This document shows positions 11,076-21,600 of a stretch of DNA of 64,000 nt, in pieces (within the stretch, counting starts at the first letter, position 1; each line of letters starts with the position of its first letter). Below the pieces are notes generated by a model, which did not search any database, was not told the origin of the DNA, and saw only the letters and a program-made list of their open reading frames with translations. Made by a program: the position numbers and the translations under genes. The stretch lies in the IMG/VR virus record IMGVR_UViG_3300025809_001850; one strand, given 5' to 3'. The DNA is from a virus. Its lineage: Duplodnaviria; Caudoviricetes.

Positions 11076-14000
11076 ATGGCAACAATTAATAAGCAATATA
11101 GTTTTATATGGTACGGAAAATGTATTGATACAGGTACAACAAATGGAGGATGCACTTCATTCACTTTAGATAACAGTGGTGAGTCGGCAAAAATAGACAC
11201 CGTTTGGCAAGTAGATGAGCTCGGTAATGCAAATGCATGGGTAAATGGTGCTGAAGGAACACAATCATTTTCAACACTTGAATGTGGTCATGCTTATTAT
11301 ATTAAATTGAAAGGTCCAGCATACGATTGTGATATTCCTCATGCAGAATTGAGTGGATATAGTCAAGAGACGGCAACTGCATTCAGAATAACAGAAGATT
11401 GTAACGCAGGTGGTGGTGGAGGAGGAACGGTTCTTCAAGCAAGTATTGCTTTAGGTGCGTGTCAATCCGCAATTACTCTTTCCGCAACACAATTAGATTC
11501 AGATGATTCTTATACATCGTGTCAATTACAAAAAACTGGTGCAACATTCGTTGCAATTTCCGACACTTTAACAGATAACATTCGTTACAATTTAACAGAC
11601 GGTGGACTTTTAAGTTACAAAATTGATAATACCGATGATGTGGGTGCTAGTTTAACTACCGGTGCTATAACTATAACTGCAAATGCAGATGAAGGATATG
11701 GATTTGGTAGTCAATCAAATACATTAACTGTTACGATCAACGGTTCAGTTACTGCTCTTCCGAAACCAGTGATAAATATCACAACCACTGTTTCACCAAC
11801 TAATACAGTGACATTTATACCAGATTTTAATGATGCAACAAATTGGGGTGGAACAAATTGGAAATATCGTCTCAAAAATGCAATTGGTCAATCAATTACA
11901 AATTACACTACTGTTACTAATTTTCAATCAAATGCAATTGATATTACAAATGAGTTTGATCACGCAGGAATTTATACAATAGACGCAGAAATAGTCACGA
12001 CTGGAGGTGATTCTATTGCTGGATCAACTAAAGTAGAAAATCAATCTATTAATATTCCTCGTTTGGCGGCAAATATTTCGGTAGGTAATATTGCTCATGG
12101 TAGTATTGATCGTGATACTTTACCAGATACAAAAACTGCTTCGGTAACTGCTACCAATATATCAGGAGATTGGAGTATTAAAACTGATGCAAGTAATGCA
12201 GCTATTACTGCTACAAAAAATAATAACAATTTACAATCCGTTTTAAATACACAAGAACTTGGTGTAATAGATAGTGATAATAAAGTAACGATTTCAGCAC
12301 AAGGAACAAAGTGGAATCAGGTAGAAACTGCAGGCCTTGGTGGAAGTGACCTTGTATTAGGTCCTGCAAGCAATGAAGTTACTGCTGAATGTACAATTAC
12401 TGCTACTGTAACTGATGGTGTAGTATTCACTTCATCAAAATCTTCTGTAAGTGACAATACACGTGATACGGACGATGCAATTCCATCTCCAACTAAAATC
12501 ACTATCACCCACGATGATGTAGATAGTTGGGTTGCTTCGTTAAATGGTACTTCAACAAATTGGAAGTTTAGTACAACGCAAACTGGAACATATAGCACTG
12601 ATCCAGCAACTTTGTCAAAAAGTGGTTTAGATCATGCACCAGGTACATTTGATTTTTGGGTAAAGTATGACACCAATAGTGTTGCGGATGAAACACTCAC
12701 TTTAACATTATCAGAATCAGCAACTGATGGTCATTCAGACGTAGCAGATATTACAATTACTTTAACTGGTGAAGTTACACAAGCAATTGGAACTGCAATT
12801 TTCTCAGGATGTAGTTCAATTGATGCAATTTCAATTGAAGTTGGAGATACGTCGAACTCCACGAATAATAATAAGACTTGTGATTTAACAACGACTGATT
12901 GTAGTGTGGACGATGTGACTGCAACAACATTGGGTATATTTACTTATACGATCACAAATAACAAGGTTAATTACTGGATTACAGATGCATCTAGTGTACA
13001 AAGTACGGAAACTGAAACTCTTGACGTCACCGCAAAGGCTGATACGAATTTCCTCATTGATGGACAACCTACGAAAATAATTTCAATAACGTTGAGTGGT
13101 ACGGTAAATGCAAAAACTGCAACTGCTTCAATAACAACCAATCCATCGGGAGTTGGATCTGTAACTTTTGGTGAAGATTACTCGTCCCAAACCGATACAT
13201 TTAAAATAACAACAAATGCAAATGCAAATATAACGATCCCTGCCACTACTGCTCTACCAATCACCCAAGGTGATTTTGAAATTACCGATATTGCAGAGAG
13301 TGGTGGTGTTTATACTTACACATATAAAATAAAAGCAGGTGTTTCCACGGGAGCAAAATCTGCAACATATGGGGTGACAGTAAACGCAGATACCAATAGT
13401 CAATTTGATGGACTGGCAATCAACGCATCTAAAACAATTAACGTAACTTTAAGTGGTACGGTTGAAGCTGCAACGATACCTGAGAATTCAAGCATCGCAA
13501 ACGGAGCTTGTCCAAAAGATATTTCTCAGGATGCATCAACAACTGCCACTCAAACAAGTTGTCAACTTACTCTTGTCAACGCAGTGTGTGTACCAATAAC
13601 CAATGCTGTTCATGGTGGACTTAAATATTCATTGACTGCACAAGGATTGCTTACATACGAAGCAAATGATCCTGAGTCAGTAGGAGAACATTCGCATGAA
13701 GTAACAATAACTGCCAATTCAACTGATTCCTCTGCATCATTATTTGCTGGACAAGCACAGACTGTCACACACAAAGTAACGATGAAAATAACAGTAAATG
13801 AAGTGGTTGTTGCCGATGATAAATTGTGGATAGGATTTGCAAAAGACGCATCAACATTTTATTCATGGTATGAATTGGAAGCAGTTGAAGAATTAACTAC
13901 TCAAATTCAATTTGATAATATGGCTACGTTTACTCAGTTCTCTGCTATGGCTCCTCCTGCTGAAACACCGGCCGTTGGGGAAAACTTTAATTCAGCAACA

Positions 14001-14615
14001 ATGAATATAATGGGTTCTATATATCCAATAAATACTGCAAATCTTCCTGGTGGTGTTGTTATTACTGATTTAAATGGTCTTGAAATAAAAGGAACAGCTG
14101 ATGCAATGTATGTTGATCTTGTATCAACACTTGATCACACTCAATTTAAATTCCAAGACGAAGACTTCTATACTTCATTAATGACGGAAATAGGAACTGC
14201 CGGCCAGTTGGCATATACAATGATAACTGCGTCACCGACTGAACCAAATTCAAGTTCTCTTACCACATCTCAAAAAACAAATTCATACAACAATGATTTT
14301 CTGCGATTAAAATGTGGAACAACATGGAACGGAGACCAAGTAGACGGAACAAAGAAAGCAATTCTAAAAGCAAAGTTCGATTCCTCGGATGACGGATCAG
14401 ATACTATTGCAACTGCTTCATATACTGCTCAGGTGAGTACAAATGCACTATTGACATCGGGTAACTGGAGTGGATGTAATGCTATTTTTGCATCAGGTCA
14501 GTTCAACGATTCCAATGGAAACCGTCCACGTATCAAACATTTTTACTTTGAAACACAAAGTGGAGCAACATTACTTAAGTTCTCCGATAGTGGAACTGCA
14601 CAACCCCAATGTTAA
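11076..14615 (+). CDS. Thr/Ser-rich tandem Ig-like fibre/adhesin protein (1179 aa) with WYGxC N-terminal domain and a unique C-terminal domain
   Basis: AGGAG SD at about 11063. IWYGKC...LECGHAYYIKLK; three related ~100-aa repeats starting GACQSAI (~11454), SGCSSID (~12804) and GACPKDI (~13503), each ending in a T-x-T-x-x-G-x-V-like strand. Confidence 0.8.
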   Translation: MATINKQYSFIWYGKCIDTGTTNGGCTSFTLDNSGESAKIDTVWQVDELGNANAWVNGAEGTQSFSTLECGHAYYIKLKGPAYDCDIPHAELSGYSQETATAFRITEDCNAGGGGGGTVLQASIALGACQSAITLSATQLDSDDSYTSCQLQKTGATFVAISDTLTDNIRYNLTDGGLLSYKIDNTDDVGASLTTGAITITANADEGYGFGSQSNTLTVTINGSVTALPKPVINITTTVSPTNTVTFIPDFNDATNWGGTNWKYRLKNAIGQSITNYTTVTNFQSNAIDITNEFDHAGIYTIDAEIVTTGGDSIAGSTKVENQSINIPRLAANISVGNIAHGSIDRDTLPDTKTASVTATNISGDWSIKTDASNAAITATKNNNNLQSVLNTQELGVIDSDNKVTISAQGTKWNQVETAGLGGSDLVLGPASNEVTAECTITATVTDGVVFTSSKSSVSDNTRDTDDAIPSPTKITITHDDVDSWVASLNGTSTNWKFSTTQTGTYSTDPATLSKSGLDHAPGTFDFWVKYDTNSVADETLTLTLSESATDGHSDVADITITLTGEVTQAIGTAIFSGCSSIDAISIEVGDTSNSTNNNKTCDLTTTDCSVDDVTATTLGIFTYTITNNKVNYWITDASSVQSTETETLDVTAKADTNFLIDGQPTKIISITLSGTVNAKTATASITTNPSGVGSVTFGEDYSSQTDTFKITTNANANITIPATTALPITQGDFEITDIAESGGVYTYTYKIKAGVSTGAKSATYGVTVNADTNSQFDGLAINASKTINVTLSGTVEAATIPENSSIANGACPKDISQDASTTATQTSCQLTLVNAVCVPITNAVHGGLKYSLTAQGLLTYEANDPESVGEHSHEVTITANSTDSSASLFAGQAQTVTHKVTMKITVNEVVVADDKLWIGFAKDASTFYSWYELEAVEELTTQIQFDNMATFTQFSAMAPPAETPAVGENFNSATMNIMGSIYPINTANLPGGVVITDLNGLEIKGTADAMYVDLVSTLDHTQFKFQDEDFYTSLMTEIGTAGQLAYTMITASPTEPNSSSLTTSQKTNSYNNDFLRLKCGTTWNGDQVDGTKKAILKAKFDSSDDGSDTIATASYTAQVSTNALLTSGNWSGCNAIFASGQFNDSNGNRPRIKHFYFETQSGATLLKFSDSGTAQPQC

Positions 14616-14630
14616 CGGAAGGTTATATAA

Positions 14631-15623
14631 ATGAGTTATTGCGAATGCCATGATGATTATGTAAATTCAGGAACATTTGATTTATCTAATGTTCGGGTTT
14701 ATCGTGCGTTTCAAGTTTTTCATGAAGGTGGAAAGCAACCTATGCCTGGCCAAGACTCATCGACACCTATCATGGACAGATTCACGACATTCTATGCGGA
14801 TGGCCAAGCAAGTGGTGCTTATCCTGCAATTGGTGCAGCTGTAGTAACACTACCAGCAGACCCACCGGAAGAAGGAATTTGTGCAAATTATGACGAAGAT
14901 GAAGCAGGAGTCTTATCATTGTCCGATTATCGTATTTTTCGTGCATTTCAAGTGTTCCATGAAGGTGGACGACAACCAATGCCAGGTCAAGACTCATCAA
15001 CATCCATTATGGATAGATTTCTTGCATTTTACGCGGACGGCCAGGCAAGTGGTGCATATCCTGCAATCGGAGCAGACGTTAAGCACTTACCTATTCTTGA
15101 AGCAGATACTCAAGTAATTACCGATGAAGGTCTTGTTGACAAATGTGATACGGGTGCAGTTTGTACTTGCAGTGCAGTTGTAGAAGATACTGTATTAAAA
15201 GTTGATTTTGATGCAAGTGAGTTGACAGGTGGAAACGGAGACATAAAAGGTGTGGAAATCGTATTTGATAATGTTGTATTCGGAGAAAAAACAGGATTAT
15301 CAGGAGGTAACGCAATCATAAACGACAATTTTAAAGATACTAACGATGCAGCTACTTTAGACTTTTATTATGATTATAGCATCCGTTCAACCTCAGTAAA
15401 CGATATAGAAACAGAACCAAACAAAACAAAATCGGTAATTGGTTTCATTGATACAACACAAAACGGAACCGGAGCAACCAAATCTGAATTAAGTTCTTTT
15501 CAGTTTTCAGTTCAATCTTCGAGTTTCACACAAACAGGAGACAATCCTATTATTGCTGATGTAAGAGTTTATGATTCTTCTGCGGAAGTCGTGCAGTATG
15601 ATATAACAAGGTGTGGAGAATAA
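14631..15623 (+). CDS. Putative adaptor protein (330 aa): two dockerin-like repeats plus a C-terminal cohesin-like domain
   Basis: Tandem 79-aa-spaced repeat, each copy preceded by a Ca-loop-like motif (DYVNSGTFDLSN, NYDEDEAGVLSLSD). C-terminal beta-domain 15162-15620 (IKGVEIVFD...VIGFIDTTQNG...FQFSV...IADVRVYDSS) resembles cohesin. ORF certain; function inferred. Confidence 0.65.
   Translation: MSYCECHDDYVNSGTFDLSNVRVYRAFQVFHEGGKQPMPGQDSSTPIMDRFTTFYADGQASGAYPAIGAAVVTLPADPPEEGICANYDEDEAGVLSLSDYRIFRAFQVFHEGGRQPMPGQDSSTSIMDRFLAFYADGQASGAYPAIGADVKHLPILEADTQVITDEGLVDKCDTGAVCTCSAVVEDTVLKVDFDASELTGGNGDIKGVEIVFDNVVFGEKTGLSGGNAIINDNFKDTNDAATLDFYYDYSIRSTSVNDIETEPNKTKSVIGFIDTTQNGTGATKSELSSFQFSVQSSSFTQTGDNPIIADVRVYDSSAEVVQYDITRCGE
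14703..15074 (+). repeat. Intragenic duplication (14703-14837 and 14940-15074), 41/45 aa identical
   Basis: RAFQVFHEGG(K/R)QPMPGQDSST(P/S)IMDRF(TT/LA)FYADGQASGAYPAIGA; DNA differences are mostly synonymous. Confidence 0.95.
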
Positions 15624-15635
15624 CATAGGATTGTT

Positions 15636-18600
15636 ATGGTACGATACGGAGACATTGTAAATCCCAATGGAATACCTGATGCAAATGATGTACAAGCATT
15701 ATTGAATTATATTAAACAAGGAACTTTACCTTCCGAGGGAAGCATCAATTTTATTTTAAGTAACATCACGCAAAAAGAATCATATGTAGGTCCTGGTTTC
15801 TTTGAAGTATTATATTTAACAAAAAATCGCAACACCACAGACTATACAGGTCCTGGTTATGAACTTGGTTTAGCATCTGGTAAAGGAAAAAGCATAGATG
15901 CAACCGAAAACAAGTTCATTGCATCATTTCCTTATGCGAAAGTCCAAAATTTATTTACAGACGATGAATATGCAGGTATCGCAAAAATTTATTCAAAAAA
16001 TTTAGGAACAGGAAAATACGAAGAAAGTGATTTGCTTTTTCCAGATACAATTACAAATCCTGATCCTGAAACGGGTGATGCACAACAAACAGTTGGAAAT
16101 CATTTTCACTTTGGAGAAAATTCAGTTGCGATTGATGGTAACTTTGCCGCTGCATCTGCATTAGATGGTTCAAAACCTTATGTTTTTGTTTACGAAGATG
16201 ATGGTACAGGATTTACACGCATTCATACTTTATCAAGTTTCAGTTCAAGTTCATCAGCTGCTCCAACGGTAGAAATTTCCGGTAATCGTTTGTTTGTTGG
16301 AGATTATACCAACAATAAAGTTTATGTTTATAGTATAATTTTACTGAAATCCTCGGACGAAGCTAGCAAAACAATAAGTATAGAAACTTCAACAGATGTG
16401 TCTTTGTTTGGTCAAACACTTGTATGTAAAGATGAAACTAATTTATTTATAGGTAATCCAACGGAACTGGTTGACTATTCATCACCGGTCGATTTTAAAG
16501 CAACAACGGGTGTTGTGTATCACTATGCATTTGAAACTAATGCATGGAATTTAAAAAACACATTGCTTCCGGTGTTTGCTTCCGAACCAAATGCAATAGA
16601 CAATGCAGGAATGTATGGACCATCCGGAGGTGTGACCGAATATGATCTTGATTCAAAATTCGGATCGTATTTGGATGTCAAGGAGAAGGACGGTTCAACA
16701 ATTTATGTAGCAGTAGGTTCACCCAATTGGTATCAAGATTCAAATGCAGAACAACTTGATAATCGTGAAGGTGCTATTTTTGTATACGAAGTTACTACAT
16801 CAAGTGCGACTTTAATAAAATCAATAACCAAATCGTCTGTGGCAAGTGGTTCTGTTCTGGTCAACTATGAATTGGGTACAGGTGTATCATTGGGTGAAAA
16901 TTACCATTTATATTCAATTTACAACAAAGATGAAGGATCGATATTAAAATTCAATTCATCGGTAGATGACGGAACTCGTAACTGGGCAACTGGTGCTGAA
17001 TTGATTAATTTGCAAAACGCAGGACTTACGGGTGGTGATCTTGCCATAGATTCCACCGACTTGGTATACGGAAATGCAATAGCAACAAATTCATTGCGAG
17101 TAGTTTATACAGGTGCTTCCAACGATGTTGGTACATTCTCAAAATTGAATTTAAGAAAACTTAATTTGTCTGCTTCATTTCTTAAAAAAAATAATGAGTT
17201 GAAATCATTTTCAATTAACAATGTTCCTGCGTGTTGTGATGGATTTGAAAATAGCATAAGCACACATGGAGATGGAGATGAACGACCAAATGTTGCGGGA
17301 ATAAGTGTTCAGTTTTTTGAAGATGGTGGTAGTTTGTGCTTTCACAATTTAAACATTGATGGTTTAAGTAATCCATATGGTGTTCGTATTGACATGGGCA
17401 ACAAAGTTGTTTACGGAAAAATAAAAGCAACCGGTAAATTCCAAAACAACGAAGTGCTTTATATTTCACCTACACAAAAGAAATATCGTGGACAACTTAC
17501 AAGCAATTCAGGATTTGAAAACATTTTAGCATTTGAAGGAAATTGCACTGTAGAACCAACTCCAACTCCAACTCCAACAAATGATGGAGTGATTGATGAC
17601 GCAACACCACAAACTCCAACACCAACTTCTGAGTTGATTGAAACACCAACTCCCACTCCAATTGTTTACGAAACCACTAAAAATCTGTTGGAAATTCATA
17701 ACATTGATATGAATAAAACGGGATTGTATAATCAACGTCAAAAAATTGCTTCTATAAACGGAGATTTGGAAACGGCAATCAACGCAGATAAAAATGAATA
17801 TATTCAATTCAATTCAGATACAGGTCAATACGACTTTGTATATGATGCTAATATCAACTTGGCAAAATATCCGTCTGTGTCAGTCGCAGGAGGTTCTGGT
17901 GGATTTGCATATCAACTTATAATTGCTTTAAAACAACCCATCACAATTCCAAAAAATTCAAAAGTAAATGCACACTTTGTTCCTATTAATGTGTCGTTTG
18001 GAACTGCCGGTGGTGCAAAAAATACTCAAACAAACAAATCACCAATGTCAGGATCATCTACATTGGAACTAGAATCACTGAGTGCAACTGCTCACACTTG
18101 GCCTGGATGTGTATGTTGTCCATTTTATTCGTTTGCATTAGAAGAAAATCTCGGAAGTTCAGTTGTTCAAAAAGATTATATAAGCATAAAATATTTAGCA
18201 ATAGGAGGATTTGTCGGAGGATGCAACGGAAAACCAAATTACTTTGCTAGATTGCAATCAATTGCAATTACTAGTCCTGACATCAAACCACCCACTCCAA
18301 CACCCACTATAATAGAAACTTGTACAGAATTGGAACATTGTGACAATGTTTCTTTGAATATTCAAAGTACAAACAAAACCGTATTTGAACTTGTTCAAGA
18401 TGCTTCTTTGAATGATTTTAAATTTCGTCATATGAACGGAGTTCGTTTCAATGAAAATGATGCGTTGTATGGTGATACCTCAATGTACTTTGATGGTGAA
18501 GATGATTATTTGTTGTCAGATGATATGGGAAATGCAGAACCACTTCAGTTTGAACAAGATGACTTTACAATTGAAACTTGGATTAAGTTAGAACCTGCTC

Positions 18601-21600
18601 CGACTCCCACACCAACTCCCACACCAACACCAACTCCTACCGCTACACCGACTTTAACTCCAACTCCGACTTTAACTCCAACTCCGACTTTAACTCCAAC
18701 TGCGACCGTTACTCCAACTGCGACTTTAACTCCAACTCCAACCGTTACTCCGACTGCAACGGTAACTTCAACTGATACTACCCCACCGACTCCGACACCC
18801 ACACCAACAGAAACTCCATCTCCAACAGAAACTGTAACACCAACAGAAACTCCAACTGCAACCAGAACAACTTCATATACACCAACTCCAACAGGTACTC
18901 CATCACCAACCGGTACTCCAACTGCAACAGGTACTCCAACCGCAACACCTTCTGAAACTCCAACACCAACTTGGAATCCATATAATTGCCCAATACAAAT
19001 TGGAGATACCTTAGATGGCACAGACAACAGAGAACGTTTTGGAGAGATTGCAACTATATCTTCTTCTGGAGACCGAGTGGCAATAACTTCTGTGTGGAAG
19101 AAAGTTGGTGAAAATCCATTCATGGGTGAAGTTAAGGTATATGAATCAACTGCTCCTGGTGAAACTCAATCTTGGATGCAACTAGGAGAAACTATAACAG
19201 GTGACAATTCAACTTCGGAAAGCAGTTCATTTGGTTCTTCACACGAATTTGATAAAACTGGTGAGATACTTGCAATTGGTCACGAAAACTCTTCAACCAG
19301 AGAAAGTCCAAGTCAATTAATCAGTAACCACGGAAAAGTTAGAATATATAAATACAAAACGGTTACTTCCACGGAATGGAATTTATCAAATGTGTTGGAT
19401 ACCAATACTTCTGATAAACCTATAATTGTTAATCATGGCAAACCATATAGTGCGAGTAAAAAATATTGGGTACAACTTGGTGGTGATTTGGGAGGAGTTT
19501 CGTCTAGTCAGGCAGGAGACGGATTTGGTAAGTCAGTTTCATTGAGTGACGATGGCAATATGCTTGTGGTTGGTTCACCTGGTGATTCGGGTACTGGAGG
19601 AAAAAAAGGAACTGGTCGTATCAATGTATTTCGTTTTCAAAACAACGAATGGCAAGACGCAGGTGATATACCAGGTAACAAAGATATACCTGATACCGTA
19701 TCAACTGTTGGTAACTTTTTCGGTAATGCAGTTAAACTGAGTGGTGATGCGTCAACATTGATAGTGGGCGCACCCCAAGGAACTCAATCAGGACCAGGTT
19801 TCATCCGTATTTTTGCTCATTCGCAAAATAATTTAAATGTAGATATATGGACTAAAATAGGTTCTTTCGCAGGCACCTCAGATGGTCAGGGATATGGTAC
19901 AGATATTTCGTGCAACTCAGATGCAACAGTTGTCGTAGTGGGTTCACCTTACTTCAACGATTCTACCGGTAGAGTATACATTTATACAAAATCAGGTAAT
20001 TCATATACAAATTCCAAAATTATTAACGGAATGCACAGTAGTTCTTTGTTTGGCAGATCAGTTGATTTAAATGAAGATGGAACGATACTTGTAGTGGGTT
20101 CACCTAATATGAACTCACGAGATTCAATTAAAACTGGTGCATCTTTGACATATGAAAATGATGGAGTAACGTGGAATTTAATTGCAGTAACCGAGGGTGA
20201 TTCCGATGATGATCTCTCCGGTACATCGGTTGGGATTAGTTCAACTGGAAAAACAATTGTGGTTGGTTCGTCCGAAAACACCACCACCTCACCAACTGGT
20301 GATCTAAACACAGGATATGCAAATGTATACGATTTGAATTGGTGTACTGATTGGAATAACGATGGAAAATTTGGTGCAACTTCATTAAAAGCAATGTCTC
20401 GTACAACCAAGTTTGATGTGACTTCGTTTTCAACTTCAGATACATTGGATGTATTAAGTTCCGACAACATTGATTTGGAGTTATCGGGATTATACAACAA
20501 ACAAAGAAAAATAGCATCATTTACAGATGGAACAATAAACAATGCAGTTTCAGCAGAACAAAACGAATTTTTGCGATACAACAATCAAACAGGACATTAT
20601 GATTTTAATTACTCTGCTGATGTTTCTCTTTCACAATTTCCATATGTATCTGAACCAGAAGGTGAAGGTGGATATCATTATCAATTGATTATTGCACTTA
20701 AAAATCCGATTCGCATTCCAAAGGGTGCTAAAATAAATGCAAACATCGTACCCACCATCACAGACTGGGCAGGATCAGGACAAGAGTTGTATAAAAATAT
20801 GGAAACCAATGTGGTTCCTGTTAAAGCATCATCTCATGTTTCGTTGGAAACGATGCCATACAATTCGTTATCATGGACAGGATGTGTATGTTGTCCGTTT
20901 ACTGCATATAAATTTGAACACAACCTCGGAAGTTCAGTTGTTCAAGGTGATTATGAAGAAGTTAGATTTTTAATGATTGATCAGGTTCTTAATGGATGCA
21001 ATGCAAAACCTTCATATGAAATGAGATTGCAATCTTTGTCTATAAGAAATCCAAATCCAATTCAAACAACCAATCAAGGATGTTGTGATGAATTTACAAA
21101 TCGCATAGATACATACGGAGATGGTGCAGATCGTCCCTCAGTTGAAGGTGTAAGTGTGCAATGGTTTGAATTGGGTGGTAGTTTATGCTTTCACGATGTA
21201 ATAATTGATGGTTTAAGTAATCCATACGGAGTTAAAATTAATGTTGATGGAAATACCGTTTATGGAAAAATAAAAGCAACCGGAAAATTCAAAAATAATG
21301 AAGTAGTTTATGTATCACCAAACGGATCATATTATCGTGGTAAATTAGAATCATCTCAAGGATTCAGTAATTCATTGATTTATGTGGGTGAGTGCAAATC
21401 AACCGAATTGCTTGATCGTGGATTGTCGTATCCGATTTTTAATATCGGAGGAGCAGCTGCATTAACATATGAATCGGAAAGTCGTGAACTTAGATTTCTT
21501 GAAAATTATTCGTTGGACACAACTCATAAAGTTGATGTAGGAATTGAACAAAACACATGGACACATCTTATGGTGTCTCGTCATAATAATTTGATGTACT

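Noticed and set aside
18597-18971. Possible CRISPR array or VNTR element
   Set aside because: In-frame coding repeats with no unique spacers and no cas genes.
18545-19123. 192-aa minus-strand Val/Gly-rich ORF (also 4622-4984, 9276-9545, 17459-17656)
   Set aside because: Antisense shadows of Pro/Thr codon repeats in real plus-strand genes.
14703-21395. Diversity-generating retroelement TR/VR pairs (ORF5 duplication, CC/CC' copies; also the sulfotransferase tails at 30049/30772)
   Set aside because: Both copies are coding, mismatches are not adenine-specific and are mainly synonymous, and no reverse transcriptase is in the window.
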